A DNA stretch of 64,000 nucleotides from a virus: the IMG/VR virus record IMGVR_UViG_3300036770_008442, positions 1-64,000 of that record, one strand, 5' to 3'. The notes beneath the pieces are model-generated. The model was not told the origin of the DNA. It made no database searches and saw only the letters and a program-made list of their open reading frames with translations. Each line of letters opens with the position of its first letter. Positions within the stretch are counted from its first letter, which is position 1. This document shows positions 25,337 through 36,706 of the stretch, one piece after another. A program made the position numbers and the translations under genes.

Positions 25337-28300
25337 TTAGATTTTTTGGATTTGGAAAGAAAAGGTTGTTGAATAATTTTGAGAATCCTCCAGAGGAAGT
25401 TCAAAGGTGTAAGAGAGATCATTTCTCATAGTTAAACTAAAATTAGCCTGGGGATAATACTGATATCTAATCCGATCAGGGTTTATTAAATCTCCACGGA
25501 GTAAAAGTTCAGTTGGAGAAAGTCTATTTCCAGTTTTTTTAACATATAGGTCTAAACTTACAGCCTCGTAAATTGGGACTATGTTCTTATCGATATATGC
25601 CTTGATATCATCTTCAATACTATTAGGATCACCCACTCCAAATTCTGAAATCATATTGTCAACAAAAACACGATCAATCCCCGAATTGAGAAGATATCTT
25701 CTTAAAACTCTATCTAATCTAATAGATCCAACTAATTTATTGTTTCTTTCGTCCCTTTGCCAAAAAATTTCTACGTCGGGATAAATCCTTTCATCCAGAG
25801 AAGCTAAATCTACACTGCTTCGAGCTGTTCCCAGCTGACCAATCCCAGTATTAGAATTGGATGGGGTAATGCTTTGAATTTGGGTTAGAGCTGATTTTGC
25901 AGCTTGATTAATGGTCTGAACGTCAGTACTACCCGATGTTCTTGATATTTCAAGAGCAATAAATGTGTAGAGGGTAATAGTGTAGGGGGTTTGCATCATT
26001 TTTGATCCCAAAAATGACTTGTTCTCCCTCATGGATCTGGTTCCTGCCACAGGTGTTTGGGATGTTGCAGAACTATATAAATTGTAATATCCAGGATCCC
26101 AAGAGCTCAAAAAGACTGAGAAATTTTTACGATCAATGGGGGTTTGGCCAACTAAAGGATATGCAGGGCCTGCTGGTAAATTTTGGGACGCCTTTAAGAT
26201 ATTTTTACCCAAATCCACTTTACTATAGCTCAGATTATCAACGATTCCAAACCCATTTTTTTCAGGTGCAAATGTGCAATTTCGGTAAGACAAATCCACA
26301 ATAGGATAGCCGGTAATTGTGTCGTTTTTATCTCTCTTAAACTTAAAAATCTTCTTGAAGATCGGTTCATAAGAACCAGCATATCGTAAAATATCCGATG
26401 CATAAGCTGCACCCCCATTTCTAATCGTATAACTAGTCGGCTGATTTTGACCTAAAGTCTGAGGTCCAAAAAAGCTTTGAGCTGGAAAAAGACCGCTGGG
26501 TTTTTTAATAGCAGTCGGTTTTGATAACTGGATTTCAAAGTAATCCAGTCTTGATTTAGTAGATTGAGATTCACTATCCCAGTAATAACTAGTATATGTG
26601 ATATATGGACTTCTGGAATTTACTCTCTCGTAGATCCGAGCCAATGAAATTCTTTTCATAATAAAATCAAAGTACCTAATCCCGCCATCTAATTGAAAAA
26701 CAGGATTTCCCGCATAGGTACTTCTTGGTCCAATCGGAACTGTAGCTGGGGAAGAGAAGGAGAAAGGAATAGTAAAAGTATATTCCGGATTTTGAATAGG
26801 TCCGAAATTAACTATTCTAGATGATCTTCCTGTCGGCCAAGGATACTTGCAATCTATTTCGGGAACAGTAAAACTGCCCGGACCGGTTAATCCTAAAGAT
26901 CCAGTTCCCCCCGGAGGATAGAATAGATTAATTTCTTCCCTCAGATCAGTATCAAATTCTGGGTTTGGAATCGTATATATGAATCCAGGATTAGTAATAG
27001 GGGTAACTGAACTACCTGAAGACATTGATAAATCCAGAGCTGAGCTGAGCTTAATATCGGATATTTCATACAGATTAGGTCTTATAGCTCCAGTCGGTCC
27101 GGTATATCCAGTAAGCCCCACCCCAGCATCTTGTTTTTTATCTCTTAGACTATACAGAAGGGTGTAGTCTAAGAAAGGACTACCTCCCGTACCCCCAGTA
27201 TAGCCAAGTGGTAAAGCTCGATAGTCTTTAATGACAACTTTGCAAATGAAAAGAATTGATTTTTGCTCTACATTCTCTATTATTTCATAGGTTACCGGGG
27301 CTTGAATAGTGTCAGTAGTTTCCGGGACCACCCTTAAAACGGAAGCAAATTTATAATCTTGAAATCCTCTGTAATTTGGAATAAATCTTTCCTCATCACT
27401 CGTAGGGTTTTGAATGGAACTTCGTCTTTTCAAAGAGATTTTAACACCCCTGAAAATAGTGTCATAAAAGCCATTAGCTGGATTATAGAAAAAGGGAGAA
27501 AAAATCTCCTTAACCTGATTTGAATTCAAATTATACGGAGATGGGTAATCACCCGGATCGATGGTAAAAAAGGACGAGAAATAAAGAGCATCATCAGGAT
27601 CTGCACTTTTAATCTTGGCAAGATCTACATTTCCAGGTAAATAATTTTGCTGGGATCCAATCTTGTTAACTGGATAGCCGGGAGGAATACCCTCAAGAAG
27701 CATCCATTCATGAGTTAAATATTTGGGATCTGGACTTTCTTTTTCAAAGCTAGGGGAAAAGTTGGTGGGACTAAACGCGGGGGAGACGTCCAATCTATAA
27801 ATATTTCCTCTCGCATCAGATCCTCCAAAAAATCCCCACTTATTAATATAAGGTACAACTTTTGAACGATTAGCACGGGTAACTGTAAAGTTCTCCTTTA
27901 AATACAAATATTCGTTACTCAGTTTCCCATAATTAAAAAGATCCCCTTTAAATTCTTCTCCCGGGACCTGTTCTGTTGAATCTATTGCCTGGATCCCATA
28001 AAATCCATCAAAAGAATCTAGATTTTCCTCTGCTTTTATTTCGGCAGGATTATAGGTAACAGTATCATCTTGCCACGGGATCTGAGTAAAAATAGCAGGA
28101 ACAACAATAGATTTTACACCTAAGGTGTTCAGTCCAGTGTCCAAAAAAGAGCTCACCGTGGATCCAATAAAAACCTGACCCTGGGAAAGGGTTCTCTCCG
28201 TGGGAAGTCCCTTGTCAACCAGAACAACTCCTTGACGAATAAAATACTTAACTCCCTCTATTATTTGTCCATCCGTCTCGGGGAGAAGTTCGAAATATCG

Positions 28301-30877
28301 ATGATATTCAGGATCTGGGGTTTCCCCGTACGGAGAAGACCAAAAATCAAAATCAAAATCTTTAAGATCAAAGAAAGAAAACACACCAGTTTTAGGCCTA
28401 AAAACCTCAAAAACATTAAAAGACGAATCGCTACCGAGATCTATTTTAATTTTTTGATTCTGGAGATTAGCAACCAGTCTTTCACCATATCCAGAAAATC
28501 CAGAAACGGATCCATTTGAAACTATGGGTTGATCCACATATCTACTGATTGATTCGACAATCGCTATTCCCCCAGTAACACCGGTTCCTTCTCCTACTTG
28601 AATCCAGGATCCTGCCGGAATTTTATCTCTATCATTAATACTAAAAGAAACCCGGCAGAGAGGATTATCGGTGCCTCCTGAAAAATAAACGATTCCGTTT
28701 ACATCGGATGCATCGATATCTCCTATTTTAATGTATCCTGGGGAATTAAATGTCGAATGGGGATCCCAGTTTGAAATGTCATCATCAGGAGAAATATTAG
28801 GAGAAGTTGGGGTTGCAGTCGAAATATTGGAAACAGCCTCAAAATATTTCCCTTGATAAAAAACAATGTTTCCGGCTGTGTATGAACTCGTTGGATTCCA
28901 AACGCCGATATAGGAATTTAAAAAATTCTCATAATCATCATAAACAGTGACAGAAAAAGATTTGTTTAAACTATATCCAGTTGATTTACAAACTATTGCT
29001 GATATTGATCCAGCTCTAGCACAATCCCAAACGGAATCATCAATAGAAAGAACGCACTTAGTGAAAGCATCAGCAAAATCAGAATTTTCCCCATCTAACC
29101 AATTGAAATAGTGATAATCCCCACTGTTATAAGCTGACCCCTTGGTCCAGCCTAAAAGTGTTCCCCCAAATTCACCGCTTCTAATCAAATCATATCTGCC
29201 TGCAGGCTCCTCGAATGTTCCATTGGGCCAAAATATCTTAAAAACTATTTCTCCAGTGAAGTCGGATTTTTTCAGAAATTCTATCCCGGTATTTGCCTTG
29301 CCATTTGAGTTAGGAAGAAATCCTTTATATGTTCCCACCTTAGATCCGGGTCCTGTAAAGAGTGCAAGGTCTACCGATTTATTAGCAATAACCAGGGATC
29401 CTGTAGTAAGATTAGGATCTCCAGTAATCCCGAATGTATTTCCATTAAAAGCACCATATGTAGCATAATCCGGGGTGTTATTTTCCCATTGATCCGTAGA
29501 GGGAGAATAATTCTCAAATCTTTTTAATGAATAAAATTTATCCCCCTTGTCGGTGATATAGTACAATTTCTGCGGATCATTGACATTAACATCATATGAA
29601 CCAGGCATCCATCCATTTAGATCCTCATAAAAAAGCCGGACCCCTCCGGTACTACTTTGGAACTGAACCCTATTGTTGAAATAATAACCCAGATTATCAC
29701 GCGAAGGTTTGGGTTCGTTTAAATTATAGGGAAGATTTCTATAACGATAAAAGAATTCTCCATTGAGATGAAAATCTCCCAAATCATTTCGGGAAACATA
29801 GCACCCATAATACCTGTTGATCGTATATAAATCAGAATCCCGATCATTGAAAAGAAATTCTAAATTCAAAAGACTAGCACAGATGATACCATTTCTTCTG
29901 AATCCGGAGGTCACATAATTTTCAAAGTCGGATTGAACAGTAGATCCATCAGATACTAAATAGTCATACAGTAGTTCTCCGGATCTGGTAAAAACTCCGT
30001 TTTCAATAGAAATCCCATTGTAATAAGTATAAGAATTAGATTGAAATGAAAAATCAATGGGTGCATATCTAAATTCTGGATCATTAACTATCGATCTAAT
30101 GTACTTACCTATTTTCGTCTCAGCCCGAAGATCAAAGGTCGCTACAACCGAAGAATTCGGTAAAATTTTAGAATTAAAGAGAGCATTGACATCATCCACG
30201 TTTGGCTGAAACTTGAGCTCCGTCATTTCAACTATTTTACCGCTTCCACTTAGAATTTGATAGCTTGGATATAATGGATCTCCAATAAAAATATCACCGT
30301 TTGAATAGGTGACAGTCTGATTTAATTCATTAACAGCATAGGAAATGCTAAAAACATCAGTGGAAGATGTATCCTGTACCACCTTATATGATTTTCCCCC
30401 AATAATTGTGGTTTGGTTAGTTGAATAAGGATAGGAAAGGGGTTCAGGAACTTTAAAAACTACGAAAAAATCAGGGAGTTCGTTTCTGAGCCAAAGAGGC
30501 TGAAAATATCTGAAGTTTTCTGGGTAGTTTCTATCGATAAGTGTAGAAGCTCCAGCCCCATAGAAAAAATCATACTGGAACTCGAAATCGTCCACTGGTT
30601 TATTCTCTCCATCTGTGAATGCACCAACCTGAAATATAATGTCATTTGAGATCGACTCATCATTGAAAAGATTGTAAATATCCTGAGAATAAGGAAGATT
30701 ACCTGTTACCTGGTATTTTTTAAATTTCTGAGAACTTAGAGCCGGATTAGCATTAAGGGAATTGAGCCAAACTCCACCTTCGGAATCCAGAGTAATCTTC
30801 ACATTTCCGGTTAATCTAGGATTTGTTCTTAAGACTCCGAACGAGGAATTATAGTCAAATAGTTTTGGAGATGCCAT
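25337..30877 (-). CDS. Very large virion structural protein (1846 aa) with a CBM5/12-like module
   Basis: Long ORF in the structural block; WNPTSSYTAGNIVFYQGKYFEA resembles a carbohydrate-binding module. Confidence 0.6.
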   Translation of the reverse strand: MASPKLFDYNSSFGVLRTNPRLTGNVKITLDSEGGVWLNSLNANPALSSQKFKKYQVTGNLPYSQDIYNLFNDESISNDIIFQVGAFTDGENKPVDDFEFQYDFFYGAGASTLIDRNYPENFRYFQPLWLRNELPDFFVVFKVPEPLSYPYSTNQTTIIGGKSYKVVQDTSSTDVFSISYAVNELNQTVTYSNGDIFIGDPLYPSYQILSGSGKIVEMTELKFQPNVDDVNALFNSKILPNSSVVATFDLRAETKIGKYIRSIVNDPEFRYAPIDFSFQSNSYTYYNGISIENGVFTRSGELLYDYLVSDGSTVQSDFENYVTSGFRRNGIICASLLNLEFLFNDRDSDLYTINRYYGCYVSRNDLGDFHLNGEFFYRYRNLPYNLNEPKPSRDNLGYYFNNRVQFQSSTGGVRLFYEDLNGWMPGSYDVNVNDPQKLYYITDKGDKFYSLKRFENYSPSTDQWENNTPDYATYGAFNGNTFGITGDPNLTTGSLVIANKSVDLALFTGPGSKVGTYKGFLPNSNGKANTGIEFLKKSDFTGEIVFKIFWPNGTFEEPAGRYDLIRSGEFGGTLLGWTKGSAYNSGDYHYFNWLDGENSDFADAFTKCVLSIDDSVWDCARAGSISAIVCKSTGYSLNKSFSVTVYDDYENFLNSYIGVWNPTSSYTAGNIVFYQGKYFEAVSNISTATPTSPNISPDDDISNWDPHSTFNSPGYIKIGDIDASDVNGIVYFSGGTDNPLCRVSFSINDRDKIPAGSWIQVGEGTGVTGGIAIVESISRYVDQPIVSNGSVSGFSGYGERLVANLQNQKIKIDLGSDSSFNVFEVFRPKTGVFSFFDLKDFDFDFWSSPYGETPDPEYHRYFELLPETDGQIIEGVKYFIRQGVVLVDKGLPTERTLSQGQVFIGSTVSSFLDTGLNTLGVKSIVVPAIFTQIPWQDDTVTYNPAEIKAEENLDSFDGFYGIQAIDSTEQVPGEEFKGDLFNYGKLSNEYLYLKENFTVTRANRSKVVPYINKWGFFGGSDARGNIYRLDVSPAFSPTNFSPSFEKESPDPKYLTHEWMLLEGIPPGYPVNKIGSQQNYLPGNVDLAKIKSADPDDALYFSSFFTIDPGDYPSPYNLNSNQVKEIFSPFFYNPANGFYDTIFRGVKISLKRRSSIQNPTSDEERFIPNYRGFQDYKFASVLRVVPETTDTIQAPVTYEIIENVEQKSILFICKVVIKDYRALPLGYTGGTGGSPFLDYTLLYSLRDKKQDAGVGLTGYTGPTGAIRPNLYEISDIKLSSALDLSMSSGSSVTPITNPGFIYTIPNPEFDTDLREEINLFYPPGGTGSLGLTGPGSFTVPEIDCKYPWPTGRSSRIVNFGPIQNPEYTFTIPFSFSSPATVPIGPRSTYAGNPVFQLDGGIRYFDFIMKRISLARIYERVNSRSPYITYTSYYWDSESQSTKSRLDYFEIQLSKPTAIKKPSGLFPAQSFFGPQTLGQNQPTSYTIRNGGAAYASDILRYAGSYEPIFKKIFKFKRDKNDTITGYPIVDLSYRNCTFAPEKNGFGIVDNLSYSKVDLGKNILKASQNLPAGPAYPLVGQTPIDRKNFSVFLSSWDPGYYNLYSSATSQTPVAGTRSMRENKSFLGSKMMQTPYTITLYTFIALEISRTSGSTDVQTINQAAKSALTQIQSITPSNSNTGIGQLGTARSSVDLASLDERIYPDVEIFWQRDERNNKLVGSIRLDRVLRRYLLNSGIDRVFVDNMISEFGVGDPNSIEDDIKAYIDKNIVPIYEAVSLDLYVKKTGNRLSPTELLLRGDLINPDRIRYQYYPQANFSLTMRNDLSYTFELPLEDSQNYSTTFSFQIQKI

Positions 30878-30901
30878 ATTTTTTCGTCTTTATCTTATTG
30901 T

Positions 30902-33900
30902 TTATCCTAAAATTTTAGATGAAGTAAAGTTGGGGGAAGAAAGCGTATCGTTCTTATATTTTCCGGTTACCTCTACATCGAATGAAAAAGGACTTTGATT
31001 CCTAACCTGCACATCTATTCCTATTTTTTTATTGTAAGTAATATTGGTTGGATTTCCGTCTGCTCTGTATCCTCCAATATATCCAAGCTTATCAACTGCT
31101 CTAAATTGGAAAATCAAGGGAACATTAATAGCATTAGAAACACCGGTTTCAACTGGTTGAGATGCAAGTTGAGTTGATCCCTGTACTTGGACTAAAGAAG
31201 CAGTAGGAGGACCTAAGAAAAGATAAGATCCGCAGCTATATCTTCCTATCAGATATGAATCATTTTCAGTAAAGCCAAGTTTTTGTGGGTACATAGAGTC
31301 TTCTCTGGTAGCTGTAGCCCCGGTTGCAAAAGAATCCGTAACTACCTGATAGCCAAGCTGTTTATAGCTGTCGACTGTAGTGGAGTCCGTGTAAAAGTAG
31401 TCGGAATGCCTAAAATATGGGTAAACGACAACATTATTGTTGAAATCTGGTTTAACCAAAGAAGTAAAAATATTTCCAGCAGGTCCGATCGAAAGTGCTG
31501 GGTGATCCACATGAATACAAAATTCAGACAGGGTTCCATTTCCTTCACCCGCATACGATCCAGTCTGTCCAGTTACCCCTCCGTTCCACACATTAGCGTT
31601 TGATCCAGATGCTGTTGGAACTGCTGAATCAGTGGGATCAAATGGAATAAGCTGACTTCCATTTCTAGGCAATCCGTTCGAATCCCCAGCATAAGAATAT
31701 GATGGGACATATGAACTTGGAACCACATAAAGATCATTATCCAGACCAACAGTTTTCCATCTTGGGTAAACAAATTGACTATGGGAATTACCCGAAGCAA
31801 AAGGAGGTGCTTGTCTAAAAAGCTCAAAAGATTCAAGGGTTGCAGCCGAAAATCCAGGAGGAACAATATCCGATGTAGTGAGGGAAGTAATAGAAATTGG
31901 GATTTCCCCATATCTTAAATTCGTTCCATATCCAGCAGGAAGCGGGAAAGTGGCAGATTGGCCTGCAAGAACATCCAGTCCGCCCGGTAAAACAGAGGAT
32001 AGTTCCAATATTCCAGCTGCAGTATTTGTGATCTGAATTTGATAAATCACAGAAGCTATACTTCCAGCATCAGCTCCAAGAGGATCATTAAATATCTGAT
32101 TATAATAACCAGCGTTAATTTTAATAGTGGAACCATTATTTACGATTTGTGAGTTGCCATCCTGATCCACGATCGATACCTGAAGTACACCCACACTTTT
32201 AACAATCGTAGAACTCAATAAATTAATTTGATCTTGGAGTTCTGTTAATTTTCTGAATAGATCTACTGGATTACCAGAAGAGTCAAAAAATCCACTAGCA
32301 ACACTATCAGATCCAATATAATATGTCTTATTGCCAGCAGTAAATTTTTGGGAAAGCAACCCATCTAAGCCTTTAGAAGAGAGGTCCTGCTGAATTTTAA
32401 GTACAGCAGAATCCCTTAAATTGGATGTGAAATTAGCTGCAGTACTCTGAGTTGAAGCATCCTCGGGGAAAGTTATGATCACAGATTCGCTAAATTCAGA
32501 CATTGCTGGATTATCGGGCCATCCAGCCTCTGAAATTGAACGAATTCTTATTTCCACTCTTTCACCCTTGGTAATTGGGATATCAAGTTGATTGATATTG
32601 TTTACGTCTGCATTATCAGGTTGTTCCTCTACCCAAACATAAGTCCCTGTATTGGGATCGTAGACTTTACTACGAATCTCGGATTTTATCTCATTCCAGT
32701 TACTAAAGGCCCCAGTCTTTCTCTGTCCGTTTTGATCCAAATAATTGATCTGCTCAACAGGAGGCACTGCTCCAGAGTCGCTAAGATATCTGTATTGAAT
32801 GAGAAATTGTATTACATTCTGAGGACCAGTAAGCGGACTATCCTTAGGAGCAGGCATCGCCCAGAATCCACGAACTCTATATTTGGGTTCAACATTTAGC
32901 TGAGGGTTTGTCTCTGAAATAGTTGTGATGTCGGAGACAACAGAAGCTAAAAGCTGTTGTTTTTGTACCCTTTGCTCCGTTAATGCATTTAGATTTGCAA
33001 TCTGGGATGCGTTATCAGTTGAAGCAGAAGTGCTTCGATTCTGAGCAGCCTGACCCAAAGACCTAGTAGGTGCAACGGCTGTTGTGGAATCACTATTAAT
33101 AGATGTTCTAATCTGAGAGATAGAATTATCTAATTGGGAGATTTCACTTTGGAGGGTTGATTTTAAAGAAACCTTTTCGTTTAGAACTCTGACATCAGTA
33201 CCTCCTGTCAATTGACGATTAATCTGGACAACCTTAAAATTTTCAGCAGCTAAGAGAGGTGGATTGGGACTTTCTGCATTAATTGCTGCGATCTTTTTCT
33301 CTTTCGCCATGCCCAGGAATATCTGTCCTAAATCAGCAACGGAGCTCAGATAAAATTGTTCTAGAGTCTGAACCCCAGAGAAAGTATTGATATTTAATTC
33401 ATTGCTAAAAAAAACAACACCAGTGGACCATGTTGACCCAATAACGTTGTAATTATCATCTATTTTCTTAAAAAAGATGCCCTGCCTTTCATCAAATCCC
33501 ACATTCACTTCAACGAATCTAGGACTAAATTGAGTTGAGAGGAGGGTAAGCACGTCTGCTCCTATTTCTACTGGCTGATAGCCCGAGGTTCTTTTTAATT
33601 GAACCGAGGTTTCTTCAATATTAACGCTCGTAATCTGATATCTAGATCCATCAGCAGTCAAAAGAAAGTCACCAACAGTTAGTGTTTTTCCATTTACTAC
33701 ATTAGTAGTCGTATCTGTGTAATTAACGCTTGTTAGTTTGTAATTCCTTCGGGTTTCCTGAGTTTGATTGCCATTCGAGTCTATAACAGTAACAACATCA
33801 TCATAAAAAGAAACCACCCCAAAATTACCCTTATTTCTGATCGTTCGGAGGGGTAAATCTATGTTTTCCTCATCAACAAAATAGATAATACCATTATCAT

Positions 33901-34462
33901 CTAAAGCATTAATAAAATCCTCTTCGCTTATGTCATTTCTTCCTTTCAGATTCTGATCAAAATAACTCTTTTGCTCGTCCGTCTCGGTATTGGCTATAAC
34001 CCTCTTAACCCTAATCCGGTCGGCACTATCGTCTATTTGACCTGTTACATCTATACTTATATAGAGAAGAGGAGATAGAAAGCTCTCGAAAAACCAATTA
34101 TCCCGGGTTGCAAAAGTACTTGGAACCTGAAGATTTACAAGAGGGGTTGGATCTTTAACAGGTTGAGCCTTATAAACTTGAGAATATGTACCGTCTGGAT
34201 TTCTAACAGTAGCAAAGCTATCTCCTAAACCAGCAAGAGACTGGATATTAGAATCAAGTCTTTGAATTTGAGATCTTAGATATCCATATCCTGGAAGGTT
34301 AGCAAAGGAAGGTAACCCATTCTCATCTAAAACCTCAATCTGAACATTCTCACTGGTGGAGGTTGCCACCTCATTCAATCCATTGATGATCTCAATGGAG
34401 TTTTTCTGGAGTCTTAAGAACTGAGCTACTAATGAGCTAATCGAATTTTGTGTCGCTGCCAT
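30902..34462 (-). CDS. Large virion structural protein with coiled coils and an FN3-like segment
   Basis: 1186 aa; heptad segments; VEIRIRSISEAGWP. Confidence 0.55.
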   Translation of the reverse strand: MAATQNSISSLVAQFLRLQKNSIEIINGLNEVATSTSENVQIEVLDENGLPSFANLPGYGYLRSQIQRLDSNIQSLAGLGDSFATVRNPDGTYSQVYKAQPVKDPTPLVNLQVPSTFATRDNWFFESFLSPLLYISIDVTGQIDDSADRIRVKRVIANTETDEQKSYFDQNLKGRNDISEEDFINALDDNGIIYFVDEENIDLPLRTIRNKGNFGVVSFYDDVVTVIDSNGNQTQETRRNYKLTSVNYTDTTTNVVNGKTLTVGDFLLTADGSRYQITSVNIEETSVQLKRTSGYQPVEIGADVLTLLSTQFSPRFVEVNVGFDERQGIFFKKIDDNYNVIGSTWSTGVVFFSNELNINTFSGVQTLEQFYLSSVADLGQIFLGMAKEKKIAAINAESPNPPLLAAENFKVVQINRQLTGGTDVRVLNEKVSLKSTLQSEISQLDNSISQIRTSINSDSTTAVAPTRSLGQAAQNRSTSASTDNASQIANLNALTEQRVQKQQLLASVVSDITTISETNPQLNVEPKYRVRGFWAMPAPKDSPLTGPQNVIQFLIQYRYLSDSGAVPPVEQINYLDQNGQRKTGAFSNWNEIKSEIRSKVYDPNTGTYVWVEEQPDNADVNNINQLDIPITKGERVEIRIRSISEAGWPDNPAMSEFSESVIITFPEDASTQSTAANFTSNLRDSAVLKIQQDLSSKGLDGLLSQKFTAGNKTYYIGSDSVASGFFDSSGNPVDLFRKLTELQDQINLLSSTIVKSVGVLQVSIVDQDGNSQIVNNGSTIKINAGYYNQIFNDPLGADAGSIASVIYQIQITNTAAGILELSSVLPGGLDVLAGQSATFPLPAGYGTNLRYGEIPISITSLTTSDIVPPGFSAATLESFELFRQAPPFASGNSHSQFVYPRWKTVGLDNDLYVVPSSYVPSYSYAGDSNGLPRNGSQLIPFDPTDSAVPTASGSNANVWNGGVTGQTGSYAGEGNGTLSEFCIHVDHPALSIGPAGNIFTSLVKPDFNNNVVVYPYFRHSDYFYTDSTTVDSYKQLGYQVVTDSFATGATATREDSMYPQKLGFTENDSYLIGRYSCGSYLFLGPPTASLVQVQGSTQLASQPVETGVSNAINVPLIFQFRAVDKLGYIGGYRADGNPTNITYNKKIGIDVQVRNQSPFSFDVEVTGKYKNDTLSSPNFTSSKILG

Positions 34463-34478
34463 TTTTTATTTTAAGATT

Positions 34479-36689
34479 TTACCCATTATTGGTTAAACTT
34501 TTTCCAACTATATCAACCTGAAAGAGAAGACTATTTTCATCTATACACACTATATCTATGACTGGCAAATACCCATAAGAATTTATGTCAGAATCAACCA
34601 GAGAGATGATGAGAGTTGAATATTCAACACCAGATGGATTATCCACAGGATATCTGCCATTAGCGTTGGTAAGGAAGTTTATATTGTAATCTCCTGGAAT
34701 TATCTCATCGCCAAAACTGAATCTCATAACCTGACCTCTTTTCCACTGAACAGGACCATCATTAATTCTAATAACCAAATCGGAAGATAAAGTTATGGGG
34801 GTTCCATTATTTACGTGTTTAATGTAATTTCCAAAACTCCTGAGAGGCACCTCATTAAAAGTTGAATTTTGGAGGTTGACAATTCCGAAGTTGTTTCCGA
34901 TATTATAGGACTGATTATCATTGTAAATAATAACCTGATTTGGAATTCCTCGATCTACCAAGATTCCAGATCCCTGCTTAATTCCATCTAAATTATATGA
35001 GATCTCGACTGATGTTTCATTATTAATGATCGCTCGAATGAGCTCATAGTTTTGATTAATCAGTCCCATCACAGCCTGTGTGTTATTAAACAGGGCTTGG
35101 TTAGAGGCATATGAATTTTCAAGAGAAGCTATTCTTCGGTCGATGTTTACAGTGGTATCAGTAGAAAGTACTAGATTTTCCAAATTAGAAACTCGTGATT
35201 CCAAAGCACTGTATGTAGAAGCATTGTTATTTAGAGTTGATGAAGCATCCTGAAGCACGTTCATGGCATCCATAAACATAGTTAAGGAAAATGGGGAATA
35301 GTCATTAATAGCTTGTTCTACTCCGGTTTGATCTATATCAACATCAAATTTGATATTCAATTTAAGTCCGTATGAGTTACCATTAAGTTTAGTAACTATA
35401 TTCGGCTTATACTTCTTAAAAGTGGGTATTTGATAAACATCAGTTCCCGCCACTTGAACATCATCTAAAAAGAGAACTCCATATAGGTTAGTGGCAGAAT
35501 CTGTGGGGATAGCTGGATCGTAAACATCATAATACACTAGAACACAGTTGAACTCAAAATCTATAGACAGGGAGGTTGAATTAAATTCCTCGATCGTACT
35601 GATTGAGGAGTCATCAACAATTTGCTTATATGATCCTGGATCAAAATCAATTCCGACTGAATCGAGTTTGGTTCTTACATATTTCTGAAAAGCAACACCC
35701 GAAGTTGCACCTGAAACAGATTTTGATAAGATGAGCGAAGTTGGATCCGTAAATAAAGCATCAGTAAAATATGTGTTAGCCGTATCTCTTGGTGTATACC
35801 AATTTCCAGCTCCTGTTGTTCCATCGGAGGTATCCTCATAAGTAACAGAGGGAGATCCCAAAACATCATCGTCGAAAATAGCCAGATTAGTCAGACCACT
35901 AGGATTTAATTCATCATATGCTCTTCCTGTTAGATATTCTCTGTTTAAAGGATCAGATGGATTATTAGTCCACTGATAATCTGGGTAATAATTGGTATCG
36001 ACTACGTTTTTGAACAAAACAGTAGGGGTGTTACCATCCTTTGTTGGTACATGAACATAAACCTCAGAATACGTATTGTTGTTGTTCTTGACAGAGTTGA
36101 CTATATCCAGATTTCCGATGTACTGAACTACCCGATTATAGATAGATCCTGATAATCCATAAGATCCTGTACCTCCAATAGGGTCGCCCTCAACAAATCT
36201 TTTTTGGGTAACCGGAAGAGAATTGACAATAGTAACAGTGTTTTGATCTAAGGTGGGGACAACCTGAGCAGATGATGCTGGTTGGAATCTAATAGCTCCA
36301 ATTTCCTTTAACCATTTAAAAAATATTCTTTCGGAAATATTCTGCTTCAATGACGAATCATAAACATCAGAACTTAAAATTGTGGTTTCTAAATTCAGAC
36401 AATAGCTTTGAAAACTCTGGGAAAAATCAATGTTAGCATTACCTGTAATAATTTTTCCCGCACTAGATGCTTTATCTAAAAAAGCACTATCGGGAGCATT
36501 CAGTTTAATTGAATTTCCTAAAGGATCTCCTGAATTAATTTCAGGCAAATTCAGCAAAGCAAATTTAGAGAATTTAAATTTATTAACCGAATTATTAAAA
36601 GTAAAAGACAGGTCTTCAGCAGCAGAAGAAAAAGCATAAAAAGTTCCTCCCTGTATTTGAAGCGGTCTTATAAAAGGTGTTTTTGCCAT
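34479..36689 (-). CDS. Virion structural protein (baseplate/fibre attachment candidate)
   Basis: 736 aa; GGTFYAFSSAAED N-terminus; coiled coil LESRVSNLE. Confidence 0.55.
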   Translation of the reverse strand: MAKTPFIRPLQIQGGTFYAFSSAAEDLSFTFNNSVNKFKFSKFALLNLPEINSGDPLGNSIKLNAPDSAFLDKASSAGKIITGNANIDFSQSFQSYCLNLETTILSSDVYDSSLKQNISERIFFKWLKEIGAIRFQPASSAQVVPTLDQNTVTIVNSLPVTQKRFVEGDPIGGTGSYGLSGSIYNRVVQYIGNLDIVNSVKNNNNTYSEVYVHVPTKDGNTPTVLFKNVVDTNYYPDYQWTNNPSDPLNREYLTGRAYDELNPSGLTNLAIFDDDVLGSPSVTYEDTSDGTTGAGNWYTPRDTANTYFTDALFTDPTSLILSKSVSGATSGVAFQKYVRTKLDSVGIDFDPGSYKQIVDDSSISTIEEFNSTSLSIDFEFNCVLVYYDVYDPAIPTDSATNLYGVLFLDDVQVAGTDVYQIPTFKKYKPNIVTKLNGNSYGLKLNIKFDVDIDQTGVEQAINDYSPFSLTMFMDAMNVLQDASSTLNNNASTYSALESRVSNLENLVLSTDTTVNIDRRIASLENSYASNQALFNNTQAVMGLINQNYELIRAIINNETSVEISYNLDGIKQGSGILVDRGIPNQVIIYNDNQSYNIGNNFGIVNLQNSTFNEVPLRSFGNYIKHVNNGTPITLSSDLVIRINDGPVQWKRGQVMRFSFGDEIIPGDYNINFLTNANGRYPVDNPSGVEYSTLIISLVDSDINSYGYLPVIDIVCIDENSLLFQVDIVGKSLTNNG

Positions 36690-36706
36690 CCTCTAAAATT
36701 TATTTG